The translations under genes were made by a program, and so were the position numbers. The notes beneath the pieces are model-generated. The model made no database searches. It had not been told where the DNA came from and saw nothing but the letters and a program-made list of their open reading frames with translations. A stretch of 64,000 bases of DNA from Macrostomum lignano (Eukaryota), in the NCBI GenBank assembly GCA_002269645.1, contig NIVC01002933.1, positions 1 to 64,000 on the forward strand. Direction: 5' to 3'. Shown one piece after another: positions 11,468 to 25,731 of this stretch. The first letter of the stretch is position 1. Each line of letters opens with the position of its first letter.

Positions 11468-14400
11468 ATGGTGAAGACTCTCAGCTGCCTGAGCTGCTGC
11501 CTGGTTGCGGTGGCCCTGGCGACCATCGCCGGCGCTGAAGATGCTGGTGAGTTCGAGTCCAGTATTTGGCGATGTTTTTGAGCACGAGCTGAAAGTGTTC
11601 TCTGAGTCTTTTAAAGTCGCCTTTCTATCAACTTTTTTTGACAATTGTAAAAATTTAGATTCAAAACTTGATTGGCGAGGGGGGTCCGTGACCCCTCTTG
11701 GCGATGCACCAGTGGAAATATCTTTCATGGCTTCGGTTTGACTGAATCTCGGCCGGGGCCTTGCATCAGAAAACAGAAGCAAGTGAAAACTGCAGCCGTA
11801 GAAGCGCAAAAACAGAGACGCAAATTCCATCTAGGGAATTCCCTCAAGGTCGAAAATAAGCAACAAATTGGAAATGAAACTGGCGCAAAAACAAGCCGCT
11901 GGCAGACTATTTTTAGCTCCTCTGTAAAAACTGCACTCAGCTGACCGCCCGCCCCCGCCTGCCGGCCTGCGCAGGCTGCAACCAGTGCGAGCCCGGCGCC
12001 ATCTGCGTGGACTTGGAGGCCCGCTGGGTGGAGAGACGCAAGGCCAACATCCAGGAGATCTTGGTGCCCAATGCGCACGAGCTCATTGCCCAGCACTCCA
12101 GCCGTTGCCGCGAGCTCAGCCATGTCATCGTCCGTGGCAGCCTCGCCGAGTTTGCGGCTTCGAGGCGCGGCGGCAGCCTACAGATTTCCACCGGCCCGCT
12201 GCACAGCCTGAGCCCGGCCGGCGGCCGGCATGCGGACGGCTCCGGCATGGCCATGGTGAGCAGCGGCCACGCGCTGAGCGGCGGCCACGCGCTGAACGTC
12301 GGCCAGGCGCACCAGGTCCGCTGCGACAACTCGGTGGGCCGCCTGCCAAGCGCCGAGGCGTCGGTCGCCCTCTGCCCGGCCGCCGCTCCGGCCGTGGTGG
12401 TGCAGGACATCGACTACAGCGGCGCCGGCGTCTCCATGACCTGCGCGCTCTGCTCGGTGACGCACGCCTTCGCCAGCGTCTCGGCGCTGGGCTCTGCGCC
12501 CCACGTGGACATCGTGATGCCCGTCAACAACACGGGCCAGGCTGCTGTACACCTCCTGCTGGAGACGCTGCCGCCCAGTGGGGACACCGGTGAGGATTAA
12601 CTGGATTCGGGCTAGCGTTGCCTGCCGAGTGCCTTTGTGTCTGCCGAGTGCCTTTGTGTCTGCCGAGTGCCTTTTTGTCTGCCGAGTGCCTTTGTGTCTG
12701 CTGAGTGCCTTTGTGTCTGCCGAGTGCCTTTTTGTCTGCCGAGTTCCTTTGTGTCTGCCGAGTGCCTTTGTGTCTGCCGAGTTCCTTTGTGCCTCCTGAG
12801 TGCCTTTGTGTCTGCCGAGTGCCTTTGTGCCGGCCGAGTGACTTTGTGTCTGCCGAGTGCCTTTGTGCCTGCCGAGTGCTTTTGTGTCTGCCGAGTGCCT
12901 TTGTGCCTGCCGAGTGCCTTTGTGTCTGCCGAGTTCTTTTGTGCCTCCTTAGTGCCTTTGTGTCTGCCGAGTGCCTTTGTGTCTGCCGAGTTCTTTTGTG
13001 CCTCCTGAGTGCCTTTGTGTCTGCCGAGTGCCTTTGTGTCTGCCGGGTGCCTTTGTGCCTGACGAGTGCCTTTGTGAAGGCCGAGTGACTTTGTGTCTGC
13101 CGAGTGCCTTTGTGCCTGCCTTTGTGCCTTTGTGCCTGCCTTTGTGCCTTTGTGCCTGCCTTTGTGCCTTTGTGCCTGCCTTTGTGCCTTTGTGCCTTTG
13201 TGCCTGCCTTTGTGCCTTTGTGCCTTTGTGCCTGCCTTTGTGCCTTTGTGCCTTTGTGCCTGCCTTTGTGCCTTTGTGCCTGCCGAGTGCCTTTGTGCCT
13301 GCCTTTGTGCCTTTGTGTCTGCCGAGTGCCTTTGTGTCTGCCGAGTGCCTTTGTGTCTGCCGAGTTCTTTTGTGCCTCCTGAGTGCCTTTGTGTCTGCCG
13401 AGTGCCTTTGTGTCTGCCTGTGCCTTTGTGCCTGCCGAGTGCCTTTGTGCCTGCCGAGTGCCTTTGTGTCTGCCGAGTGCCTTTGTGAAGGCCGAGTGAC
13501 TTTGTGTCTGCCGAGTGCCTTTGTGCCTGCCTTTGTGCCTTTGTGCCTGCCTTTGTGCCTTTGTGCCTGCCGAGTGCCTTTGTGCCTGCCTTTGTGCCTT
13601 TGTGCCTGCCTTTGTGCCTTTGTGCCTTTGTGCCTGCCTTTGTGCCTTTGTGCCTGCCGAGTGCCTTTGTGCCTGCCTTTGTGCCTTTGTGTCTGCCGAG
13701 TGCCTTTGTGTCTGCCGAGTGACTTTGTCTACTGAGTGCTTTCTTGCCAGCTGTGAGCCTTTGTTCCCACCGAGTCTGTGTCTGCCATGTGTCTGTCATT
13801 TGCGCCTGGTTTCGACTTTGTCCCTCCGCATGCCCCGAGCCCTCTGTGCGTGCCTGGGCTGTGCGAGACTGACAGCTGATCGAATGCTTATCTGTCCATG
13901 AGAAGCTGTCATTAGTGCAGAGAAGTATTCTTGTTTTAATTTCCAGTTTATAACGAACAAAGAATACTTTTTAAAGTAATGTCGAAAAAATTGATTCCTG
14001 TCAGCAGTCTAGTGCAATAACTATTGTAGTCAGTAGCTCAGCTCCCCCTGTCTGCAGTCAAGTGCAATAACTATTGTAGTCAGTAGCTCAGTTCCCCCTG
14101 TCTGCAGTCAAGTGCAATAACTATTGTAGTCAGTAGCTCAGCTCCCCCTGTCTGCAGTCAAGTGCAGTAACTATTGTAGTCAGTAGCTCAGCTCCCCCTG
14201 TCTGCAGTCAAGTGCAATAACTATTGTAGTCAGTAGCTCAGCTCCCCCTGTCTGCAGTCAAGTGCAGTAACTATTGTAGTCAGTAGCTCAGTTCCCCCTG
14301 TCTGCAGTCAAGTGCAGTAACTATTGTAGTCAGTAGCTCAGCTCCCCCTGTCTGCAGTCAAGTGCAATAACTATTGTAGTCAGTAGCTCAGCTCCCCCTG

Positions 14401-17400
14401 TCTGCAGTCAAGTGCAATAACTATTGTAGTCAGTAGCTCAGCTCCCCCTGTCTGCAGTCAAGTGCAATAACTATTGTAGTCAGTAGCTCAGTTCCCCCTG
14501 TCTGCAGTCAAGTGCAGTAACTATTGTAGTCAGTAGCTCAGCTCCCCCTGTCTGCAGTCAAGTGCAATAACTATTGTAGTCAGTAGCTCAGCTCCCCCTG
14601 TCTGCAGTCAAGTGCAATAACTATTGTAGTCAGTAGCTCAGTTCCCCCTGTCTGCAGTCAAGTGCAGTAACTATTGTAGTCAGTAGCTCAGCTCCCCCTG
14701 TCTGCAGTCAAGTGCAATAACTATTGTAGTCAGTAGCTCAGCTCCCCCTGTCTGCAGTCAAGTGCAATAACTATTGTAGTCAGTAGCTCAGCTCCCCCTG
14801 TCTGCAGTCAAGTGCAATAACTATTGTAGTCAGTAGCTCAGTTCCCCCTGTCTGCAGTCAAGTGCAGTAACTATTGTAGTCAGTAGCTCAGCTCCCCCTG
14901 TCTGCAGTCAAGTGCAGTAACTATTGTAGTCAGTAGCTCAGCTCCCACGCAGCGCCACTTGCCCATAGGACTTGGTAGTTCGGCCCGGGTAGTTGCATCC
15001 CAGCTGAGCCTGGCTGGCACTCGGCAATGATAAATGCCCAACAGTGAACCTCGCAGAATCCGACTGCTACCTGAAGTGCGACCAGAGCACTCGATGCGTC
15101 GGCCGGAGCCGAATCTGCGACGGAGTTCAGGACTGCGGCGCCGGGGTCAACGCCACCAGCAATGACGAGGGCTCCCTGCTGTGCTCGCTGCTGCGCGGTA
15201 AGCAAGAAAAGGCAATTCGCTCGCGCTACTCTACTAACCAAGTAGGGTATAAGTAGACTGTATGAGATACTACGAGCTACATTGAAAAATAAGGGAGAGG
15301 CGAAGTGAAGGCTTGACCTTTTCGACAATGGCCCTGCGCAAACTACCCGAGTTCGGATCGGGGAAGCCTCCGAGGCGGCGTTGTAAAACTGCTTTACAGT
15401 CTTCGAATCGCCAGGCCTGATGCCGGTCTGCCTAGGTCTTTTATGACCCCCCATCGAGCTGTGGAATGTCAACCGGCTCCCGGGGGATTAAAATGCCGGG
15501 TTGGAGTATTAGCGAGTCATCGCAGCTATAAATTCACCGTCTCATTGATCCACAGCCTCATACATTCCCATCCTCGTAGATTCAAATCCTCATGCATTCA
15601 CATGCTCACAGATTCACATCCTCACAGATTCACATCCTCACAGATTCACATCCTCACAGATTCGCATCCTCACAGATTAGCATCCTCACAGATTCACATC
15701 CTCACAGATTCACATCCTCACAGATTCATATCCTCACAGATTCACATCCTCACAGATTCGCATCCTCACAGATTCACATCCTCACAGATTCACATCCTCA
15801 CAGATTCACATCCTCACAGATTCACATCCTCACAGATTCACATCCTCACAGATTCACATCCTCACAGATTCACATCCTCACAGATTCACATCCTCACAGA
15901 TTCACATCCTCACAGATTCACATGCTCACAGATTCACATGCTCACAGATTCACATCCTCACAGATTCACATCCTCACAGATTCACATCCTCACAGATTCG
16001 CATCCTCACAGATTCGCATCCTCACAGATTCGCATCCTCACAGATTCACATCCTCACAGATTCATATCCTCACAGATTCACATCCTCACAGATTCGCATC
16101 CTCACAGATTCACATCCTCACAGATTCACATCCTCACAGATTCACATCCTCACAGATTCACATCCTCACAGATTCGCATCCTCATGAATTCCACCGCCAA
16201 GAATTTGCAGCCGAGGCCGCAAAGGCCGGCAGTCCCTAATTGGCCTTAGCGGGTCGCGCAGAATTTCCCAGGATTGGAAAGTTCGCGTTGGCGGAAGCCC
16301 CCCCCCCCCCAGCATCAGCCCAGCTGCAGATTGGCACGGATCAGCAGCAGAAGACGGTAACTGCAGGTATTCTGGCCCGGCCTGCTTCCTGCCCGCCCTC
16401 AGCCTCTGTCCGTCATCGGCTCGGGCTCCCCGCGGCGCGCAGCCAGCCCGACGCTCCGCAAACAAATATCCCAAATATCCCATCACCCGCACCGGGAGGA
16501 ATGCCCAGTCTGAAAGTGCGTCTGCCGCGACTGGCATTTCAAGGAGCCCCGGAGAAGCCGCGGGGGCGCCATGACGCAGCCGTGATGGCAGCTAAAAGTG
16601 CAACTCGGGCGCAAGACGCTGCGTGTTGCGCTGCTGGCGAAAGTGCACTGCAGTCAAGTGGGAGCTCGGGACGCAAACACGGAATGTCAGACCAACCAGT
16701 TCCACTTCCGATAGCATGCACTGGATTAGCAATGGATTAGCAATCCATTCTCTGCTCCGGATTAGCAATGGATTAGCAATCCATTCTCTGCTCCTATGCA
16801 ATGGATTAGCAATGGATTAGCAATGGATTAGCAATCCATTCCCTGCTCCTATGCAATGGATTAGCAATGGATTAGCAATGGATTAGCAATCCACTCCTGC
16901 TCCCACGCAATGGATTAGCAATCCACTCCTGCTCCCATGCAATGGATTAGCAATCCACTCCTGCTCCCATGCAATGGATTAGCAATGGATTAGCAATGGA
17001 TTAGCAATGGATTAGCAATGGATTAGCAATGGATTAGCAATGGATTAGCAATGGATTAGCAATGGATTAGCAATGGATTAGCAATGGATTAGCAATGGAT
17101 TAGCAATGGATTAGCAATGGATTAGCAATGGATTAGCAATGGATTAGCAATGGATTAGCAATGGATTAGCAACGGATTAGCAATGGATTAGCAATCTATT
17201 CCTGCTCTCATACGAGCCGTATAATGGACTGACTGCCACTTATTCCTCCACACAGCAGAACCATTACAACCAGTCAGCCAGCTCAGCGACTATTTTCTGA
17301 CCAGAAAATCTGAGCAAACCGCGAAGCAAATCTTGAGTTGGGGCATTGGGGGTTTGAGAATAACTAGAAAAAACTCTTCTTTCGGAGTGGAGTCAACTCC

Positions 17401-18684
17401 CTACCCCTCTGCCGCAGAGCTAACACACAAGGACGGAAGCGACCTCTCCCTCCGTGCATTTCTGCTCACAGTTTACGTGTCAGCGCTCTGAGGTGTCCGG
17501 CACGACCGAATGCGCTTTATTTGTCAAAGACTTGAAGCCGGAGACGCCTTGGCGCTTGGGGGCCAGCCGGGGTCGCACTGGGAGTCCTGGGAGTCCTGGG
17601 AGGGGGCTGCCAAGCAGTGATTCGAACCCCGCGAACTTTAAAGCCGTGCAATGCTGCGAGACTGCGAGAAGAAAGTCACAGGGTCACCGAGGGAGATGCA
17701 GCTGTCTCAAAATTGGGAGAAGGAATGACAACGAGATATGGAGAGGCAGAGAGAGGGATACGGGAAGGCAAAGAGGTGAGAGTCGGAGGAGAGGATCGGA
17801 GAGGGAAGGAAGGGAGGTAGAGAGGGCAAGAGGGGGAAGAGGGGAAGTGAGAAAGGGAAAGAGAGAGGGAGAAGGAGAGAGAGAGAAGGAGGTAGAGACA
17901 GGGAGGGAGAGAGACAGGGAGAGGGAGAGGGAGAGGGAGAGAGGGGGAGAGGAAAAGGGAGGAGGTAGAGAGAGAGAGGGTGAGAGGGTGAGAGAGGGGA
18001 GAGGGAGATAGAGAGGGAGACTGAGAGGGAGAGGGGAGATGGGAGAGGGGGAAAGAGGGAGAGACATGCGATCACCCCAAATCCCAAGCACTGACATGAC
18101 TGCTGTTGCCGATGTGTAACGCATTTAGAAGCGAGCCACCGACTGCCAGGTGCAGACACGTGGCTAAAGAGGAGTCGGATGCATCCAAAGTTAATGTGCC
18201 TTCTAAGAGCCTGCAAAGTGCAAAAAATAAGACAAAATATAAGCGTATAGGTTAATGAGTAGTCGAGTAACAATGCAAAATCAGAGCCAGCAGGCGGACG
18301 GAAGTGGGCCTGGCGTGCTGCGCGGCAGGAAGCCGAACTCCCACCGTGTGACCGGGTGGAAGCCCTCAGCGCCTCGTACTTAATAGCACTCTACGGGATA
18401 TGGAGAGGCAGAGAGGGGACTCGAACTCAGCGAGCGGGTTGCAGCCGGACTTTCAACCGCCTCCCCCCCCCCACCGCCGCCCGGTTGCAGCCGAGCGCGC
18501 CGACCGGCACCGCCTGCGCACCGCCACCGTCGCGGCCGTCGCCGTGGCCGCCCTGGCGCTGCTGGCCCTGCTGGCCGTGGCGGTCGCGGCCGGCCTCGCC
18601 CTGCGCCGCTGCGCCATCGCCCGAGCCGCCGACAAGGCGCAGCAGCTGAACCTCAGCCTGGTGGACAAGTCGCCGCTCATCTGA
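11468..18684 (+). CDS. Type-I membrane protein, 346 aa: signal peptide, ~200-aa Cys-containing ectodomain (possibly divergent CUB-like), LDL-receptor class A module, TM helix, short tail
   Basis: Exons are 11468-11546, 11975-12589, 15045-15197 and 18491-18684. All three introns are GT-AG and phase 1, and the frame is preserved. Signal peptide: MVKTLSCLSCCLVAVALATIAGA. LDLa: CYLKCDQSTRCVGRSRICDGVQDC...NDEGSLLC (6 Cys, CDGxxDC, DE). TM: TVAAVAVAALALLALLAVAVAAGLAL followed by RR. Confidence 0.85.
12618..13740. repeat. ~19-bp minisatellite (GAGTGCCTTTGTGTCTGCC) with TGCCTTTG subunits, intron 2 of the LDLa gene
   Basis: Read directly; starts ~28 nt after the donor at 12590. Confidence 0.95.
14011..14945. 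repeat. 50-bp tandem repeat, ~18.5 highly homogeneous copies
   Basis: The unit AGTGCAATAACTATTGTAGTCAGTAGCTCAGCTCCCCCTGTCTGCAGTCA occurs at 14011, 14061, etc. Confidence 0.97.
15600..16185. repeat. 16-bp tandem repeat (CACAGATTCACATCCT), ~36 copies
   Basis: Read directly from the sequence. Confidence 0.96.
16724..17195. repeat. 11-bp repeat (GGATTAGCAAT) with longer composite units at the 5' side
   Basis: A pure run spans ~16975-17190. Confidence 0.95.
17790..18062. repeat. Purine-rich (GA) low-complexity tract
   Basis: Almost only G and A on the plus strand. Confidence 0.9.
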
Positions 18685-18811
18685 GGCCCGCGACTTCGGC
18701 TCTCCTACTTCTCAGCATCCCAGTCTGAACAATATGAGCTCTGCGACATCTTTGAGTCAATTTGACCGCCTCACTACCTCTACTCACTGGTTTCTCGCTG
18801 TTTCCTATCTG

Positions 18812-19252
18812 CACATCTGCCTCTCCCTGCATCTCACTGTGTGATATGTCTCTCTCCCATCTGACTCTCCCTGCATCTCACTGTGTGATATGTCTCTCTC
18901 CCATCTGACTCTCCCTGCATCTCACTGTGTGATATGTCTCCCTCTCATCTGCCTCTCCCTGCATCTCAATGTGGTATGTCTCCCTCTCATCTGCCTCTCC
19001 CTGCATCTCACTGTGTGATATGTCTCTCTCCCATCTGACTCTCCCTGCATCTCACTGTGTGATATGTCTCTCTCCTCTCTCTGATCTATCTCCCTCTCAT
19101 CAACATTTCCCTGCATCTCACTGTGTGATATGTCTCCCTCTCATCTGCCTCTCCCTGCATCTCACTGTGTGATATGTCTCTCTCCTATCTGACTCTCCCT
19201 GCATCTCACTGTGTGATATGTCTCTCTCCCATCTGACTCTCCCTGCATCTCA
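18812..19252. repeat. ~44-bp tandem repeat, ~10 copies
   Basis: Unit CTCCCTGCATCTCACTGTGTGATATGTCTCTCTCCCATCTGACT. Confidence 0.93.
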
Positions 19253-19863
19253 CCATGCTTCAAGGACCTCTGGTACCTTGACTTTGTCGCTGTGAGCCCC
19301 AGGATTCCATCCTCACTGTTTATCCTCATTGTCTAAAAAAGCAGTCTTTTTTCACTAGCAGTTTCCGTCATGATTTGTTACAAAATTACTCTCTGGATTT
19401 TGCTTCTCCAACTTGTCTCTGCCCCCCTCTTTGGTCACCAAGTCCCGGTTGCAAAGCTTTGTCGTCTTGTCCAACTCGGCTCAGTCATCTGGGGGAATTT
19501 CTTCAAGCTGAAAATCAGGAATATTAATCAGCAAACAGCTGAAGAACAAATTTACCGCCCCCCAACCATTGTTAATCTGTTCTTGCTGCACAATGCGAAA
19601 CCGCAAAGTCCATCTCGATGGATGAACGCCAAGCTCGCAGAATGTTGGTACCTTGAACACCGTTTGAAACCTGCGCTCGAGTGGGCTGGACGGCGCGACG
19701 GGCGAACACCAACTCAGAGAGGAATTTTTTCTAAGTCAATTTTTGCTAACTCGCATCCCTGAGCTGCAAAATAAATAAAGCAAAGTTATAAGCGCTTGGT
19801 TAATTGGTCCGAAAGGACCCGGCATCTCAAAACAGGATGTTCCTGCTGTTATTTCACTTTGCT

Positions 19864-20652
<789 letters not shown>

Positions 20653-21303
20653 GCCAGACGAAGGTTTCAGTTTTAATTATCACAACAAAATTTGTCTGCA
20701 GCTCTCGACAAAGCAAAATTGTCAATTTTTACCTTGACAACATATTTTTGACTCCCAATCATCCTCTATCAGCTCCGGAACACGTGAGCACTCGTAAAAA
20801 CTGTCTACCCAGGCTCTGCTCAAGCCGCAAGTGAGTCAATTTTGATGAAGTACAGAGCGGAGTGTCTGGCCGGGGGGCTCAGCAACCCCCGGCACTCGCT
20901 GTCCCAGTCTGGCAGAGAGGGTCTAAAATTAGAAGCGCCCGGCAGATCCTCCTTTGTTACAAGTTCCAAGGCGATCGGCCAGCGGAGAGCCGGCCGGGAC
21001 AAAAGCAGCCGAGTTCCGTCTGTTAAATGCCGGTTTATGCAAAGCCGTCATCAGCCAGACAAAGGCGACGAGAGCTGAGCCGCTGCTTGCAAAAGGGGCG
21101 CTCGGGTTCGCTCCGTGCAATTCGATCTCCGTCTGGGGAGGGCCGGAGAGGCTGAGTGGCCCAGCCGGCACTTCATCAGAGGAAGGGGCGGAGCGGGCGG
21201 GAAGAGATGCCAATTAGACCGTTGCTTTGAGAGCGGAGCGGCTCAGAAATAACCCTGCCGGAGTGCGGCTTCTCCTTGCCTGCTTGTTTTCTCTGCATGT
21301 CCG

Positions 21304-21612
<309 letters not shown>

Positions 21613-21824
21613 TTCTCAGCACCCGAAGCGCACGGTGCATAAATTTCCTGGTAAAATATCTTATTAATTAAGAAGTTGTTGTTCAAACGCAGCATTGACG
21701 GACAGACAGACAGACAGGCGGTGACAGGTTCGCAGTGCTGCTAATTGCTTTTAACCTGCACTATTAGCCTCGCAGTGGAGGCCGCACTCGTTGGCTGTCC
21801 ATCTTAATTTTGCTTCATTTGCAG

Positions 21825-22108
21825 CCGGCGACCGTGCGGTCGGGCTGGCTGGCGGGCACAGCGCGGGGGCGGGTGGCAGGCGGCAGGGAAGGCGGGAAGT
21901 CGCGCTGTGCCCGCGCCTCAAGGGCTGCGGAGCCGCCAGGCCACCCACTGCAATAATCGCGCAGGCAGAGGTAATGGACACCAACACAAGAGGGCGAGAC
22001 AGACAGCCCAGACAGGGCCACCCCACCCTCAGCCCCAGGTCTGGGCCTGTGAGCAAAGCAAGCGGACTGCCAATGCAGCATTTGGCGCAGAAGGTGGCTG
22101 CGGCAAGG
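21825..22108 (+). other. Candidate orphan exon
   Basis: Acceptor tttgcttcatttgcag, an open frame, and donor GTGAGC at 22109. No partner exon could be linked. Confidence 0.25.
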
Positions 22109-22370
22109 GTGAGCGGAGTAGCAGGAATGCCTGCCGCAGTGGGTTTGGGGCCGGCTGGCAATAGGCTTGCTAAACAATAAAAAAGCAAAATCGTTGGCAA
22201 ATGAATTTTTGTTTATTCACTGCTGCCGCCGCTCTGAAATGCGATTTTATTTCGGGATAAACAAGCGGCTCCGGTCCAGCTGTGGCAGACCGGCTAGAAC
22301 TGTTGCTGCCGAGTGCCTGCGGGCTACAGCTCAGACTGGCAGATAAACAATTACGGTTGGTTAGCCATGC

Positions 22371-24210
22371 CAGTCAGCCAGTCAGTCAGTCAGTCAGTCA
22401 GTCAGTCAGTCAGTCAGTCAGTCAGTCAGTCAGTCAGTCAGTCAGTCAGTCAGTCAGTCAGTCAGTCAGTCAGTCAGTCAGTCAGTCAGTCAGTCAGTCA
22501 GTCAGTCAGTCAGTCAGTCAGTCAGTCAGTCAGTCAGTCAGTCAGTCAGTCAGTCAGTCAGTCAGTCAGTCAGTCAGTCAGTCAGTCAGTCAGTCAGTCA
22601 GTCAGTCAGTCAGTCAGTCAGTCAGTCAGTCAGCCACTCACTCACTCAAGTCAGTCAGTCAGTCAGTCAGTCAGTCAGTCAGTCAGTCAGTCAGTCAGTC
22701 AGTCAGTCAGTCAGTCAGTCAGTCAGTCAGTCAGTCAGTCAGTCAGTCAGTCAGTCAGTCAGTCAGTCAGTCAGTCAGTCAGTCAGTCAGTCAGTCAGTC
22801 AGTCAGTCAGTCAGTCAGTCAGTCAGCCACTCACTCACTCAAGTCAGTCAGTCAGTCAGTCAGTCAGTCAGTCAGTCAGTCAGTCAGTCAGTCAGTCAGT
22901 CAGTCAGTCAGTCAGTCAGTCAGTCAGTCAGTCAGTCAGTCAGTCAGTCAGTCAGTCAGTCAGTCAGTCAGTCAGTCAGTCAGTCAGTCAGTCAGTCAGT
23001 CAGTCAGTCAGTCAGTCAGTCAGTCAGTCAGTCAGTCAGTCAGTCAGTCAGTCAGTCAGTCAGTCAGTCAGTCAGTCAGGCAGTCAGTCAGTCAGTCAGT
23101 CAGCCAGTCAGTCAGTCAGTCAGTCAGTCAGTCAGTCAGTCAGTCAGTCAGTCAGTCAGGCAGTCAGTCAGTCAGTCAGTCAGTCAGTCAGTCAGTCAGT
23201 CAGTCAGTCAGTCAGTCAGTCAGTCAGTCAGTCAGTCAGTCAGTCAGTCAGTCAGTCAGTCAGTCAGTCAGTCAGTCAGTCAGTCAGTCAGCCACTCACT
23301 CACTCAAGTCAGTCAGTGAGTCAGTGAGTCAGTCAGTGAGTCAGTCAGTCAGTCAGCCACTCACTCACTCAAGTCAGTCAGTCAGTCAGTCAGTCAGTCA
23401 GTCAGTCAGTCAGTCAGTCAGTCAGTCAGTCAGTCAGTCAGTCAGTCAGTCAGTCAGTCAGTCAGTCAGTCAGTCAGTCAGTCAGTCAGTCAGTCAGTCA
23501 GTCAGTCAGTCAGGCAGTCAGTCAGTCAGTCAGTCAGCCAGTCAGTCAGTCAGTCAGTCAGTCAGTCAGTCAGTCAGTCAGTCAGTCAGGCAGTCAGTCA
23601 GTCAGTCAGTCAGTCAGTCAGTCAGTCAGTCAGTCAGTCAGTCAGTCAGTCAGTCAGTCAGTCAGTCAGTCAGTCAGTCAGTCAGTCAGTCAGTCAGTCA
23701 GTCAGCCACTCACTCACTCAAGTCAGTCAGTGAGTCAGTGAGTCAGTCAGTGAGTCAGTCAGTCAGTCAGCCACTCACTCACTCAAGTCAGTCAGTCAGT
23801 CAGTCAGTCAGTCAGTCAGTCAGTCAGTCAGTCAGTCAGTCAGTCAGTCAGTCAGTCAGTCAGTCAGTCAGTCAGTCAGTCAGTCAGTCAGTCAGTCAGT
23901 CAGTCAGTCAGCCACTCACTCACTCAAGTCAGTCAGTGAGTCAGTGAGTCAGTCAGTGAGTCAGTCAGTCAGTCAGCCACTCACTCACTCAAGTCAGTCA
24001 GTCAGTCAGTCAGTCAGTCAGTCAGTCAGCCACTCACTCACTCAAGTCAGTCAGTGAGTCAGTGAGTCAGTCAGTGAGTGAGTCAGTCAGTCAGCCACTC
24101 ACTCACTCAAGTCAGTCAGTCAGTCAGTCAGTCAGTCAGTCAGTCAGCCACTCACTCACTCAAGTCAGTCAGTTAGTCAGTCAGTCAGGCAGTCAGTCAG
24201 TCAGTCAGTC
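22371..24210 (+). repeat. 1.8-kb (CAGT)n array with recurrent CCACTCACTCACTCAAG interruptions
   Basis: Read directly from the sequence. Confidence 0.98.
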
Positions 24211-25553
24211 CCCTCTCCCCATTTAATCCGCAGTTCCAGTCCAGTTCGCATTTACGGCCCCGGGCTTGCAGGCTGAGTGGGTGGGGGCTGAGGCTGAGTG
24301 CAGGGGATGCCAGACAACTACGGCCAATAAGCGCACAGCCTCCGCTCCCCAAGGCTGACTGGCGAGACCCAACTGCCCACCCCAGCGATCCCCGACCAGT
24401 CTGAAGTGGCCGGTCCCGGCTTGCCGCTGGATAAACAGCTGCTAGGTGGGCGGGTGGGTGAGCGGATCGGGTGGAACTGGGCCTGTCTGTCTGGTCTCCT
24501 AAGGACAGCCAGGACGGCCCCCCTGAGTGGATAAGTTGTGAGGAAAAATGCCTGCTTGTCCTTGCAACTGCAGCACTCGGACAGGCCCGCCGCCACCTCC
24601 CTCAGACGCGTTCCGCCCACTCGTCACTCGTCAGGCGGCAGAATGATGAGGCCGAGAGGGGAGGCTGCCGCTCCTGCCTGTCCGACTGCCCAGGAGGGAG
24701 GGGAGATTAAGAAGCGAAAGGAGGAAATGCGCGCCCAGACAGACGGATTATTGAAGCAGACAGAGAGATGCAGAAAGAGATCATAATGATGACGCTGACT
24801 ACAGTGACTACGGATGCTGAGGGATAAAGTGGGCTGGCGGCTCGGTGGGAAGTCTGTGGTGGGGGGGGGGATCATTCTCCCGCAGGGATTGGGAGGCGGG
24901 CGCAGGGAGAGTATATTGAGACTCCCTGGCTGGCGAATTCAGAATTTTCAGGCTTTGCCAGTCGCTTCCGCGCCCCTCCCTCCCGTCTGTCCTCGTCTCT
25001 CACCCGGGCCAGACGGAACGACCCGAGGCGGCGGCCCTGTGCACTTTGGATTGGCGAGTCTCTCTATCATCTCCAAGTCTTCCTTAAGTCCGTCCTCTTC
25101 ATTCTCTACCCTCCCCTCCCCCTCCTAGCGTGAGGCCGGAGTTGCAGGGCTGTGTTGCGGTGCGGCCGTGACCAAAATTCTGGCCGCTAGGACAGTCAGC
25201 CAGTCCCCCGCTGCGCCTTGGCTGGCCCCTCAACCCCCCTCCCCTGCAATTTTGTATTTTTGCTTTGAAGTACTTTCTACATTACAAGCCTCGTAGCTGT
25301 CTGCAGACTGCCGAGCTCCCACCCCAACCCCTGTGCTGCCCTCTGTCTCCCTCCCCGAGCAACCAAATCTCTCTCCTCTCCACTCTCTGCCTCTGCCACT
25401 CTCTCCCCCAGCTGCAGGGCGGCTTGCGCGCCCACCCCAGCGGCCTCCAGACGACCCCTCCCCCCGCCGCCGCGAAACCCTGCCGCCTTGCCCGGGCTGG
25501 CCCGCGTCTGCGGACTCTCCAGCCTTCCCTCTCAGCCCCGGCTAAACCGCGGC

Positions 25554-25560
25554 TATAAAT
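25554..25560 (+). promoter_or_regulatory. Candidate TATA box (TATAAAT) upstream of the orphan gene
   Basis: A TATAAAT in GC-rich context, ~175 nt upstream of ATG 25732. Motif match only. Confidence 0.35.
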
Positions 25561-25731
25561 CCAGCAACAACAAGCAGTCCGCTGCCGCCCATTGCCAGTC
25601 CCAGCCAGAGATCCCGAGATTCCCTGAAGCTCCCCAACCGGCCAACCCACCGCCTCCCAGGTTAAACTTTGCCGCTCTGCCACTCTAAAGCGGAACTGCA
25701 GGCAGGCTGCTGAGGCAGGCGAGCAGTCAGG

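Noticed and set aside
12612-16249. Repeat ORFs (VPLCLPSAF, GRHKGT, HPHRFTSSQ)
   Set aside because: They lie in arrays inside phased introns of the LDLa gene, and the unit lengths (19, 16) are not multiples of 3.
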